Notes: generated by a model not told the origin, from the letters alone. A stretch of DNA of 58,139 nt, filler included, from Platydemus manokwari (GCA_037951405.1; 5 parts of 5 records of this genome joined end to end with filler, not necessarily neighbours in it); one strand, 5' to 3'; counted from the whole stretch's first letter, positions 1-11,945 are shown. Numbers and translations are program-made.

Positions 1-160
1 TGTTGCTGTCTCCATTCACTATATGTTTTTATCGAATATGGGATTTTCTCGTCTTCGCTCTCTTCACTATCTGAATAAAGCACAAGACGTTCCATACTAT
101 CCCAACAGTTATCACAGATGCCAACAAAGTTAATAAATCTCTCTTTTGTGGTTGTGCCAA
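1..160 (-). pseudogene. Copy 1 of an unknown repeated ORF family (GICDNCWDSMERLVLYSDSEESEDEKIPYSIKTYSEW), running off the window start
   Basis: Manual minus-strand translation. Same peptide recurs at ~657-715 and ~54846-54910. Confidence 0.7.
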
Positions 161-656
161 ATCAGATTTTTTTACTTCCTAATATTATTTGAAGCACAAA
201 TGCAAAAAAGGTGTGAGCAAGATATCACTGACTAAACAGTCATTCAATTCCTAGATTCCCATTTCGTTGATGAAAATTGACTATTTTATTATGTTCTTCG
301 TCATCTGTGAAATGACGGGCTTAATTTAATTTAAATTTAAAATTCAGAATTTTTATTGCAATTCCTTCTCATCATCTGCAAATTAGCTTCGCTGATGGTT
401 TTTACTATCAATCAATCAAGTACATTTAAATGATATTAAAAGTAAAAGAAAGCAATTGACTAAAATCTTAATTAACTGGCATTCGAACAAATAGAATCAC
501 TTACAAAAAATATAATTCTGCGATTCGGAAACTGTAAAATAAAGTAATTATTTTGCTTTTAATAATTGTTTTCAAAAATTTTATTTGCATTTCTTTGATT
601 AACTTTTATCGAGCAATATTTAACTTGAATCCAATACAACTAAAGATTCATATCGT

Positions 657-1045
657 TGGGAAACCATTAACCGACTAGTGCTCTATTCAGATAGTGAAGA
701 AAGCGAAAAAGAATGGTCTCCCGTGAAAGAATAAAATAGCCGGTGTGAAACCTCTGCAGGCAATAGCAGAGGTAAACACATCGCAACTCACATCGACATT
801 ACACATAACTGCTCCAAACATTCAAAGCCCAAACAAAATGCTCCAGAGTTCAAAAAGACCACCGCACAAATGAAACTAAACTCAAAATGGAAAACATGGG
901 GAGTGAAGAAGTGCGGTGTGAATACAGATGTCTAGAAGTCAGTGAAAATTTCTATTGTACTGTCTATTCATAAACCCAACAATCATTCGACAAATTCCAA
1001 AAGCCAAGACATTGATGACATTTTGATCATGAATTTACTCTTGTG
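657..1045 (+). pseudogene. Copy 2 of the RLVLYSDSEESE ORF family, degenerate
   Basis: Reads WETINRLVLYSDSEESEKE...KWKTWG with in-frame stops. Nucleotide similarity to copy 3 continues (caaaatggaaaacatggg; gacaaattccaaa). Confidence 0.7.
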
Positions 1046-1642
1046 ATTATGTGATTATTTAACTCTTTGTGAACACTATTTGGTCTTTATGAACTGTTTT
1101 TACTAACTTGAAATTTCAATACATTCAATTGCCTTTGTAACGCCATACTGCGTGATTTAATATTATCAAATCTAATTGTGTTCAAATTATTGTTAATCAA
1201 CTGTATAAATAGAAATGATCACAATGTCAGGAAACTAATCGAGTACTTCTTAAATTTAAAACTCAATATTTTGAAAATGCTATTAATTTCTGAGGTTAAT
1301 TAGATTTGTTTTCGTAACAAGCTTTTGATTGAAGGATATTCTTGGTTTTTTAATATCAAATAAAAGACTTAATTTATTAATTTGGTTTAAATAATCATTG
1401 TAGGATGATTTTTCCAAATTTTATAAAGAAGCCCAATTATAATGAAATTACGAAAAATTATTTCAAACCTGACAGATTTGTTTAAATTCTGCCTAAAACT
1501 AAGTGCAAATTTAAATAATTTTTTTATCAAAGAATTTTTTTCGGCCTTACTTAGTAACTATAATTATTAAATCGATTCTTCTGACAAGAAATTTTCATTC
1601 GTAAATCGAATTGTTTTTTCATTATTTAGACGGCTGAATTAT

Positions 1643-4638
1643 ATGAGTTCAATATGGTATGAATATCTAGAAGAAACGGGCGGTGAAATCATACCATTAA
1701 GTTATTTTAAACATGTTTGCCGAAGCTTGGAAAAAAATCATGATTTTGAATCAATTGTGAATTGTTCTAAAAGTGAAATCCGCTTTGCTTATAATTATGA
1801 CAATGAATTCTGGTGGCCAGTGATAATTTCAGAACAATTGAGTGAAGGTTGGATAAAAATTGACTATTTTGGAATCGAATCCAGTGATAATTATTTATGG
1901 TGTGATTTAAAAACGAATAGAAATTTTATAAAATCCATCCGTTGGTGTCTAGAACGAAATAGTATTTTCAAATCACCACAAAGCGAATGTGAAATTAATA
2001 TTGATGCAATTTTAGAAGAAAATAGAGAAAAGGAAGATTTGAAATTGGAATATATTTACAAGAATAATTATGCTTATCAAACTATCAAGATAGGAGCTTA
2101 TTTAGAATGTTGGCTGGAGAATAGCGTAGGATTTGTTTGGCCGGTGAAGGTTTTGTCGAATGTTGGTGGTCGATTGAAAATGACATGGTTTGGTTGTGAT
2201 TCAACTAGCAATTCCAAACAAAATTCATCTGGAACGAACAATATGTTTTCAATGTTCTACTTAGATTATCGACTTCACAGCTTGGGTTGGGCAAGACTCA
2301 ATGGCTGGAAATATTCTCCGCCTTTGAATGTTGGAATTAATATTTCGATTTCTAATGTCGATACGTTCGTCAGAGGTAGTCCGAGTGCGTTTGCGATGGA
2401 TTTAAGTTGCGATAGAGAGATAAAGGAACATTTTTTTGAGGAAGGCTGGCAGATAGAGGCCGTCAATCCAATTGATCCCAGCAAAATTCATGTGGCAACG
2501 ATTCGATATGTGTTGAATAAGAAATATTTTCTTGTAGAGCTAGAAAAGGAGAACAAAGATAAAGCGATTAATATCACCAGCAACGACAACGATTCTGTCA
2601 TGTTCGCCGGATTCGGAGGTATGGCTGAGATTTTGCCCGCTAATACGTCAAGTATAAGTGGTTACTCATTAATTGGTCTCCATGGCAACACGTGGGATGA
2701 CCATTTAATGTCAAACTCTCCCCAAAAGTACGCACCGCATCTTGGGTATTTTCAAAATGGTGGCGGTGTCGATGGACATCAGGAAAACGTTTTCCTTCCG
2801 GGATGCAAGCTGGAAGCCGTCAATCCATATAATAAACAACAAATACACGCTGCAACGATTATTCGCGCAATGGAAGGCAGTCGGCTCGTATGGATAAGAC
2901 TAGATAGCGAGACTGATATGGGCGATTTTCTCGTCGATCCAGTGACAAGCACGGATATATTTCCTGTTGGTTGGTGTGAAATGGTTGGTCACCAGCTCAT
3001 TATGCCAACATCTTATTTGTCACACAATACCACGATATCTCCTGCTCCGTTCGATAATGACGATATCACGATATATTTTCATCCTCAATGTTTTCTGGGA
3101 CCATTCTTGAGCCGATCTATTGCCAGTGAAATATTGCCTCAATTTATCGGGCCCGGCCATTGTTTACCAGTTTTTAGGCAGCTTTTTCATCTTCTTCTCA
3201 AGGTAAATTGCATGTGTGTGTTTTATATATTGGTATTGGTGTCGATACTTTTTGATATATTGAATTTGGTGTTGATTATTATTGATATATTGGTATTGGT
3301 ATCGATATTTATTGATATATTGGTATTTCTGTCGATACTTATTGATATTGGTGTCGATATTTATTGATATTGGTATCGATACTTATTGATATTGGTGTCG
3401 ATATTTATTGATATATTGGTGTTGATACTTATCGATATATTGGTATTGGTATCGATACTTATTGATGTGTTGATATTAGTGTCGATTGCTATTGATATAT
3501 TGGTATTAGTATCGATATTTATTAATATATTGGTATTGGTAACGATACTTATTGATATATGAATATTGGTATCGATACTTGTTCATATTGATATTTAATG
3601 TTTTCGATTTTCACTCTTAACAAAATATCGTGTTCGCAGGTATCCCATAAACCCTACAAATTGATGCGTCTCCTACAGTTAGATCCATCTGATGACAGAC
3701 ATGAGCTTATGGCCACGATTGTGGTGCCTTGTCCGAAAAGCGAATGGGGCAATCGCAATAAACGATCGAATTGGCTAGTCGAGGTTGCAGTTCGCAAGCG
3801 AGCAATTGCTGGATTCTGCCGACAAACCGCGCTTTCTCTCGGTGCCTGTCCATCATTTATCAGCATTTATCCGCAACCAAATTGCCATCTCGCCTGTGAC
3901 GCTCGCATGGCAGCTAGAGCCGGTGAAAAAATGAGCCAACAGAGGAGAAAGCGATTGTTTCTCCGTCCACTGACATCGTTGGGTATTTCGTATCGTGAAC
4001 TGAAATCTCGTGTTGTGGGTGCCACTAGCAACAGTAGCAGCAATTCTGAGCTCGATTCAAGTGATAGAGAGGATCATCCGTCGGAACAGATCAAAACAGC
4101 TGCAGTTGAATCACGAATGTGCACCCGAGGGATGCGACTCGTCGTTTCCGATTCTCGCCGTAGAGCATCGAAAAGGCGAACACTCGGGTCAAATCTGAAA
4201 TTTGTCAAGGAATCCAAGTGCGATTCGCTGAAAATCGATGAAGACACTTTAGGAACATCAGATGGTTTAAGGCGAGAAAATCGCGGTCGAGATACTGTTA
4301 CCGAATCGATTATTGATGTGCGCGATTACGTGATAGACCCGACATTTCTGGCAGGTGACATCGAACGAGTTACGCTATCGTCAAATCCTCTCAACTGGAC
4401 CGTCGAGCAATTGACGGAATACTTGTCCGGTACTGATTGTCGTCAGCTTATCACCTGGCTCGCTAATGAAAAAGTCGATGGGCGGGCATTCTTGTTGTTG
4501 ACGCTCCCTGTTTTGAGCACGTTGTACGGTTTGCAGCTTGAAGTGGCGATTCGTTTGTGCAGGCATGTCGTGTCATTGAAGCGAGTGTTTGTCGAACAAT
4601 TCGCCGACATGCAGGAGTTGTTGCCAGATGATATCTGA
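1643..4638 (+). CDS. SFMBT: Scm-like with four MBT domains protein (MBT repeats + SLED + C-terminal SAM); join(1643..3202,3640..4638), ~852 aa
   Basis: MBT signatures (LHSLGWA, WQIEAVNPIDPSKIHVATI, KLEAVNP..HAATI..DIFPVGWC). SLED-like CFLGPFLS..LPQFIGPG. SAM NPLNWTVEQL..KVDGRAFLLL. Phase-0 intron aag|gtaaat (3203) to cgcag| (3639) joins the two long ORFs in frame (LLLK|VSHKP). Confidence 0.9.
3222..3596 (+). repeat. Intronic minisatellite, degenerate ~21-30 bp units (attgatatattggtattggtatcgatactt)
   Basis: Directly visible tandem units. They generate the spurious hydrophobic tail of ORF 1643..3367. Confidence 0.9.
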
Positions 4639-4828
4639 TTGGTGGTGAATGTTTTTTATTTATTATGTGTTTGTAAATATTTATCAATATTTTATTTATT
4701 ATGAGCGGGCAGCATGTTTTGCTGTGTGTGTCTAATCGCTGTGATCTTGTTTTTGTGCATTTCACCCGTCAATTGTCGCTTTCGTCGGAGATTCGAATGA
4801 TTGGCGATGAAAAATTGTCTGTATATTC

Positions 4829-4856
4829 GTGTGTGTCTGTGTGTGTGTGTCTGTGC
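4829..4856 (+). repeat. Imperfect (GT)n microsatellite downstream of SFMBT
   Basis: gtgtgtgtctgtgtgtgtgtgtctgtg. Confidence 0.8.
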
Positions 4857-7169
4857 TCATGTTATTATTATTATTGATTATAATTATTATGTCCACTATT
4901 TGATCTCGGCATACATTTTATTGTCACCATTTATACGAATATTTTTCATTATTAATTCATCTGAAAATCATTCTCCATAATCGTTTGTTAATCACCTCTG
5001 GTCATGCAAAAATACTCATTGATTGCAAGAAATGCTACCAATGCAATATCGATTTTCACCAGTTTGTAATATAATCACATGCATATTGATAATCTAATTT
5101 TTATCGATAATATATCGCCTATATCATTTCTTGTCCTTGAACTGTAAAATTTAATATTAAATATAGATTTGAAATTACTTTCTAACGAGAGTAGATAATA
5201 GCACGATAGGTAATTTGCTGAACAAATATTATAAGTTTGTAATAAAAATTTTCGCGTCGAATAGTTAATTATAATAAATTATTTTGTTAATAATTTCAAC
5301 CCGAAATATAATTGTTTTAATCACCGTTATTCTGTTATCAATAAGATTTAATGCAATTTTTCTTTAAATATTTTGGAATCTATCAAAGTTCAAATACATT
5401 TTTCTATGATAACATCTAATATAGACTTAATATAAAAATATAGTCTAAAGTTGAGAAATGAATTATTCGAATTATGTACTGCAATTTTCATTAAAATTTA
5501 TTGGTGTTTTGATTATGATACAATTGGAATTTTCAAGTGTATTTAACTATAATAATTGTAATAGAACACTTGCATGAGTATACTTATAATTTCAGTAATA
5601 TTATATGAGGATAAGACATAGTTTATTATTAAATTGTCCAATTAATTTTGTTACCTAATCAGAAATTTAGTCATTACCTGTATCAACAGTTAAAGACTTA
5701 TGTGAAATAAATAGTAAGACACGAATTATCAATGCAATAAATCGCTTTTAAATAAATTTAAATCATCACAAGAAGTTAACTTTAGTTGATAACTATCTTG
5801 CAAAGCTCGATGAGATTTGTAGGGCTACGCAACTAATTGTAAAGCCAAAAGAGTTTGCAATTTAAATTGATTTCTTTAATTTATATTCCGAAGTAGGGCT
5901 GCATCTAGTTCCCTAAGTCCGTTGTTCCTCATCTTCAGGGCACAGCACTAAGTCTGTTAATATTTTAGCATTACACATTCGATAATTTTATATTATAATA
6001 AAAGTATTAATATCATTGTCTCACTATTTTATTATTTTATCATTATTAAATTATCCGAATTATACACGCAACCAACTATTCTGATTGGGAGCAGATCATT
6101 GGTGGAATCTTCATTGTTCTGATTTTAATCATATCTATCTAACTTACAGATCGTTCAACGAGTTATAACTAGTTGACTTATCTTTAAATCGTCACACCGA
6201 ATACTACCTAGCACAGGCTAGTTGGATTCCATCAAATCTTCTTAAACATAACTTGGAATATTTTCATTTAAGAATGTTTAAACTGATAAATTTAAATATT
6301 TTGTTGCTTAATAGTCAAAATCATTTTTATGAGTTTATCCTATTCTGTTCAAGTATAAAAGGATCCTGAAATCAATATTTCCTCACTGACTTTATTCAGA
6401 TAATGCACAGTTCATTAGGAATCACGCGCTGGTAATATATTTTTGTCTCTATCATCTAGCTACTTAAACAGTCATTGTAACTTATTTTATTGAGTGTTCT
6501 AAATTATTTTAATATAACTGAGAGTATTTAACTGCGGTATCTTTATGTCACTTTTGGACTCCCTATAATATTTACTATTTACGACTTAATAAATCTTCTG
6601 AGTTCGGATGACCCTCGGGGAGTAATTGCATCTTATTTTAATTGTTATTCATTCGCCTTGATCGTTCTGCAACTCGTGTGATCACGAGAAGGACATAATA
6701 ATGTTGTGTTTTAATTTTGATTGACTTAATTTGTTGAAAATCACATTTTCACTACTGAAAGATGATGCGATGACAATGAAATGATTAAATGAATGATTAA
6801 ACGGTGTATCCTTGAGCCTGCTAAGCTCCTAAGCTATTGAAAGTGAGAAATAAGACCATTAAATGGCGCCATTTTGTATTGTTCATTACAAAGAAAATTG
6901 AGATCAATTAAATTTAAATAACTATGGGGTTTGTGCTGGTGAATAACTATTATCAAACTCAACAGCGTGAGTTTTAACTATATTGATTGTTCTGGCAATA
7001 AAACATTTATTAATATTTTATAAACAAGACAGCACTAACTATTTTATTTAAATTTATTGAATTAAAACTTTAAACACAACAAATATTCGTGCAATTTAAC
7101 TCGATAAAACTGGTTTTCAAATCACACATGTATCTATCTTGCTGATTGATGTTAATTGATGTTAAAAAG

Positions 7170-7520
7170 ATTGTCATCCTTTGGAGTAATTATATTTATT
7201 TTACAATGAATGAAAATTACTTGAACAGTTAATTGATAAATCGTTCTTGATTATCAAATTGATTATGCATTGTATTCAATCGGTGATTTTCTCCAGATTA
7301 TAACTTGATAATTTATTTGTTCAGATGATAAATTGATGAATCGACAAGTTTATCATATTTTTCAATCGTATTTTCAACTGTGCGAATATTCAGTTATTGG
7401 TTCCGTTTAAATATCGCTTGGGTTTTTTAACCCAATGATTAATACAATTTTTACTAAATTTTATTGATTTTTCAATGCTTCGTACCTTCATCTGATTGAA
7501 TTTTTTTTTACCAATTTTAA
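7170..7520 (-). pseudogene. Retroviral-type (rve) integrase remnant, Polinton-like
   Basis: Minus strand gives IQSDEGT (7481-7501; cf. xQxDxGxEF), CINHW and IRTVENTIEKY (cf. ERxIRTLKxxxxKY). Heavily frameshifted. Confidence 0.45.
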
Positions 7521-8147
7521 TCATTGATTTTATTTTTTCAATCTAGTGTTGGGTTGATTATGAAGAATATATTATATGATCGATAGATGAATCTAAAGGA
7601 AGTTTAGATTCTTTATTGACTGATCCGTACTTAATGATTAATAATGTTAATTAATTGATATATTTGACTCCAATAAGCTTATGTATATTTTTACACAAAT
7701 ATAAAAGCAGTCTTGAACACAATCCACAAAATTCTCGTTCAATTTGAAATATAACTTGCCAAAATCAGTTCAAAGGAAATCCACAAGGAAAACAATATCC
7801 TACAAAAAGGAATGTGCACAAATGCCAAATTGGTGATAAAGTTTTCAACTCCATTCAGGCTTTTAAAGCCAATAAAATACAGAAAAATTCTGTTGGATTT
7901 CGAACTTATATATTTTATCCGACATGGGAGTCCCGTTAAGATTAATCTGATCAAATTAATCCTCTCAAAAAATCAGTCCAAATTAAATTTGATAAAATTA
8001 ATTTAAATGACAAGACTCAAATATAATAATTTGTTATTGACAATCCATTCAACAAAATAAAAATGTGATTACCGACTAAGTGCACAATAAATAGAATGAT
8101 TTTAAAATTGAATTATACGAATAACTAGAATTTGCAGAAGAAACTGG

Positions 8148-8770
8148 AAAAATAAGAGACTACGGTTATTATCTAAAGAGAAAAAGAGAGGAGCAGCTTG
8201 TCTACCTTGAAATTCATTTGATAGAAGATCAAAAGATATTCCATTTTATTTTTACAATGAATCTACTTATGATTTTTGCACAATAATAAAAGAACTAGCC
8301 AAGGAATAAATTATCCTCATTAAATGAATTATTTATTATTTATATTTATTATATATATTATTTAATTATGGATGTATAATATTTGCTATAATTCCTTCTT
8401 CACACATTTCACACATCGATTGATTTGTAAATAATTCAAATTCTGTATTCGTAGCTTTTAATTCAGATTTCCAAGTAAAAAGACCAGAAGAAACATAAAT
8501 TAAATAAATAAAAGTTGGAGAAGATTTGATTCAGTATTTAATCAACTTCCACCAGACTCAAACAGAGAATTAATTTTAGAAGTTTATTTAGAATATACAA
8601 ACAAAAGTTAACAAAAGATTTTGCTTTAGCTCCTGAAAAGAAGAAAGATATTTTTGAATTTTTTTAATAAAAATCAAAAAGAAAAAATTAGAATAGAAAA
8701 AGTTCCTTTATCTGAACTATTAATTTGTCATCAAACGGATGAAAAATCAATTTATAGAATGATTTGAGTT
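8148..8770 (+). pseudogene. Protein-primed family B DNA polymerase remnant (Polinton type), with deletions
   Basis: KIRD..RGAAC (cf. KVRDHCHxTGxYRGAAH), IPFYFYNESTYDFCTIIKELAK (cf. IPVxFHNLxGYDxHFIIKEL), PDSNRELILEVYLEY..DFALAPEK (cf. DDSxxGYILEVDLEYP..DxPLAPE). Confidence 0.8.
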
Positions 8771-9515
8771 ATCAGTGTTGTTATATAAGGTGTTTCGAGT
8801 CAAGTGGGTACTGAATTAAAACAAAATGTAATAAAAATATTGATTTGAGTAAAGCAATAATTTTACAGCACGAAGTCTATTTAAAAAGACTAGCCTAGTG
8901 CGTACACACTTCGACATTTTAAAACATGAAGACATAATATAAAATAAAATAATTCCAACATGCTTACTATATAATAAATTCTTGCAAAAATTTTGTGAAA
9001 TTTTATATAATATTTTTCAATTACTTATACTAGTTGATAATATGTACTTTATATAATAATTATAATTAATTATAATATAATAATTATTTTTAATTAATTA
9101 TCTGATTGAGCCACGATCATGAACCATGGTAGCAGCTCAATCTGTAATACACTTTTAATTGAAATTAACTTTAAATTTTTGTAATCCAACTGGATTTGTT
9201 CTGACGGTAATAATGCGTCAAAATTGATTTCATGTCAGGGCTTTGAAATCTCGTCGTAGTTTGCATTTCAATATAGTAATCCCAGGTTTGGATTACTTGA
9301 TGAATTGTTCTCTATATTAATATATAAAGGGATAGTTATTTTCTAGATATCTTTTAGTCTTATCTGTCTCTGGTTCGTGATAGCGATCAGGCCCACCAAA
9401 CGCTGAAATAGAACACTATCTGTTTCATTTAGCTATCATCATCATCATCGTTGCAGCTATCGTTCTTGAAGACACCGAGAGATCAATAAGGCCTATATAT
9501 CTCTGAACTGAGGTA

Positions 9516-9546
9516 CTGCGGAGGGCCGAGGCCTGCGGAGGGCCGA
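9516..9546 (+). repeat. GC-rich 14-bp direct repeat (ctgcggagggccga x2, 3-bp spacer)
   Basis: Exact units at 9516-9529 and 9533-9546 in otherwise AT-rich DNA. Confidence 0.85.
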
Positions 9547-9699
9547 AATACGACCAATTTTCCCTAAACGACCACCTAAGAATACTTTATTTATTTTTAT
9601 AAATTGATATTTTGTTATTTCTAATTAATTCTGGTCTTTTAGTTGTTCAAAAATTATCATTTCCAAACTTTTTATTAGTTTTACTAATTAATTTTCATT

Positions 9700-9940
9700 T
9701 TCACAACTTCATTTAGACAATTTTCAAGATACTTTTATCTTACAACATCAAATTCATTTTCTGGATTTCCTAAATTTATTATTTTATGATCATTTATTTA
9801 GAAAATTATTTTCATTCCATCTCCTAATTCATTTATATATTTTTCGATCATAAGTTTTTTCTCTAGAAATATTAATTTCCTTAATATCTTTCATATTATT
9901 TCCTAAAATATTTCCAAATTTATCACTGTGAATTTTATTT
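9700..9940 (-). pseudogene. Polinton fibre/stalk-repeat-like protein remnant
   Basis: HSDKFG near the N-terminus, then INDHKIINLGNPENEFDVVR*KYLE, matching the xKIxNLxxPxxxxDAVxKxYVD repeat. Confidence 0.55.
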
Positions 9941-10009
9941 GTCACAATTTCTCACCTTTTAAATTGAATTTATGTTAAACACTCAATTATGTAATTAAAT
10001 TTCAACCCT

Positions 10010-10345
10010 TCACCCAAAAATATAAAACACACATTGATAACTGACCAGATAATTCTCCATCATTTTGAAATTGAATTTTGTCATGTTTAAAATCAGACGA
10101 AACATCTTCTTTGCAGAAATTATAAACTTCTTTCGTTGGTAAAATTCCTTAAGGATCAAAATCAATTTTATGATTTTTCTTAATGAAACACAATGAGAAC
10201 CTCTTTCTTTAGTATTTTCTAAATTCATAATTATATAATTTCCTGGAATAATATTATTATCTAATTAATGGAACCAATCTCTCTTTTCTAAACCGAAATC
10301 ATCCCCAATATCTTTTAAATTAAAATTATCAATTTTATTTATTCC
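10010..10345 (-). pseudogene. Adenain/Ulp1-like virion maturation cysteine protease remnant
   Basis: GNYIIMNLENTKERGSHC (cf. INLDDxxGxGTHW), frameshift, then DFDP*GILPTKEV (cf. YFDSFGxxPPxEV) and IQFQNDGELSGQL (cf. QxQ..CG; catalytic Cys lost). Confidence 0.75.
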
Positions 10346-10433
10346 ATATTTAGCTAGAAAATTTATTACGTTTAAAGCAATTTTTATAAAAAAATAAATT
10401 ATTGCCTTCGGTCCAAGGAAACTTTCTTTAAAC

Positions 10434-11199
10434 TTATTTTAAGTGAAGACGTAAAGATATTCCTTCTCCTTTCAAATCTATTAAACTACCAGTTTGATCG
10501 CTAATTCTAAAGATAATCTGTCTAATATTTTTTGTTATTATTGGAAAATAAATTGATTGATTTACTTATTCGATATATTGATAACTAGATGGAACAGTAC
10601 CGAAAAATCATGAATTATATTTTAATTTTGAATATCTTGATAATTATCAGAAATAAATCCACCGTTTGCATTTGAACATTCAATATTTATTGTTCTAATT
10701 TTAGAAATATTTATTTCTTAACTTCATCTAAATGAGTTCCAAGGGTTTATATTTTATTATTTTTAAATCCTTAAACAAATCTTAGTGTTATAATTTTAAT
10801 TTTTTATTTTGTTAAAGTTTATATTTTAATGTTGCTTTGTCAGATATTGATGATACATTATAAATTGGGATGCTACTGTCATCTATTCGAGGAACTCCAT
10901 TAATTTTAACACATTGACGGACACTTGCGTCTATAACTGTCAATCTCGAACTTCATTTGTTTGTCCTGTCCGTCAATGTGTTAAAACACCTGTAATTTCT
11001 TGAATATAATCATTGAAGTCATTATATTTTTTCCATATTCAAAAGAATCATTATTTTAATTAAAATTATAAATAAAATTATAGATACAAAATATCTCCAG
11101 TCTACTTTCATATTCAAATCTATCATATAATTTTAAAGAAAAATGAAAATTTGACGTCCATTTTGATTTACTAATAAAAGTTATTATTACAGTAATCAT
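10434..11199 (-). pseudogene. Polinton minor capsid (penton, single jelly-roll) remnant interrupted by a MITE
   Basis: C-terminus NISKIRTINIECS..TVPSSYQYIE*VNQSIYFPI..FRISDQTGSLIDLKGEGISLRLHLK* fits the consensus VPxGYxIxExPxNxIYxP..DQxGxLIDFRGExIxIRLHLK. N-terminus YE..FCIYNFIYN..NDSFEY also fits. Confidence 0.85.
10906..10984. mobile_element. 71-bp piggyBac-type MITE (10910-10980) with TTAA target-site duplications
   Basis: TTAA|cacattgacggaca ... tgtccgtcaatgtg|TTAA. Perfect 14-bp TIRs around a 43-bp interior. Confidence 0.85.
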
Positions 11200-11237
11200 T
11201 TTTTTGGAAATATTATCATTCCACTCATTCAATTCTT

Positions 11238-11555
11238 TCATTTTTGATAACGAGAGAAATAAACTCCTTCTCCATGTTTTAAAAATGGTAATTTTTCATA
11301 TATATTATTTTTATATCATACACCACTCTACCTTTATATGAATTTAAAAAGAATCCAGCTCCAGAACCTTGTTTGTTAGATTCTTTCATTTACACCAATT
11401 CCTCTTTTATTTTTATACTTTTAAATCAGTTTTCTTACCTTGTTTTGCTTGATTTACACAGTTTTACACCTCCAGCTATTCCATCACACAGACCAGCTAA
11501 AATGCTGGTAATGCCGCTAATATAGCTGAAACTCCTCCAGATTTTTTTGCTTATT
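11238..11555 (-). pseudogene. Polinton Gly-rich hydrophobic protein remnant (putative protease-processed virion protein)
   Basis: KSGGVSAILAALP / ILAGLCDGIAGGV followed by GSGAGFFLNSYKG and GEGVYFSRY. Matches the KxGGxLPxxxGLxxxAGG..GxGLYLxPY pattern; lies between MCP and penton. Confidence 0.6.
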
Positions 11556-11759
11556 TAGTTAATAATAATTTTTTCACCTATATAAATTTAAATTTTATTA
11601 TCATTTCACGTAATCCAGTTTGAGGCTGTATAAGTAAATGATTTTGATTCACCATCTTTAACAATTCCTTTTATAAGTTTTTGATAGTTTCGAAATTATA
11701 AATTTTATTAGAGATTGTATATAGCCGAAAGCAAATCAACATGCGATTGCACACATCTT

Positions 11760-11945
11760 TCCACATCTTTTTCATGAAGAATAAGCATTCCATTTAAATT
11801 ACATCTTTCCCCATTTCAGCACTGACAATACATTCATTAATAATCAATTTATTATCTTGAGCACTTACATCTATGTAAAATATAAAATGCCAATTTTGAA
11901 AATCTCAACCATTTAATTTAGGTTCATTTCCAATTTTTTACATAA
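11760..11945 (-). pseudogene. Polinton major capsid protein C-terminal remnant
   Basis: EPKLNG*DFQNWHFIFYIDVSAQD..MLILHEKDVE resembles the MCP C-terminus PxLxxxxF..IxVIDxSxQ..CLIxHDxxVEY. Context supports the call. Confidence 0.55.

Noticed and set aside
3203-3367. Apparent transmembrane C-terminus of the 574-aa ORF
   Set aside because: Read-through into the intronic minisatellite; splicing restores the SLED domain.
3222-3596. CRISPR-like periodicity
   Set aside because: No unique spacers and no cas genes; eukaryotic intron.
6861-6874. Palindrome aaatggcgccattt (double YY1-like site)
   Set aside because: Short and not linked to any identifiable promoter.
8784-8915. Possible mariner-type terminus truncating pPolB (tataaggtgtttcgagtcaagt)
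   Set aside because: No partner TIR or transposase sequence found.
9110-9430. Possible Merlin/IS1595-like transposase remnant on the minus strand (AFGGPDR; IK*SKPGITILKC)
   Set aside because: Only two weak motifs, with no catalytic residues or TIRs identified.
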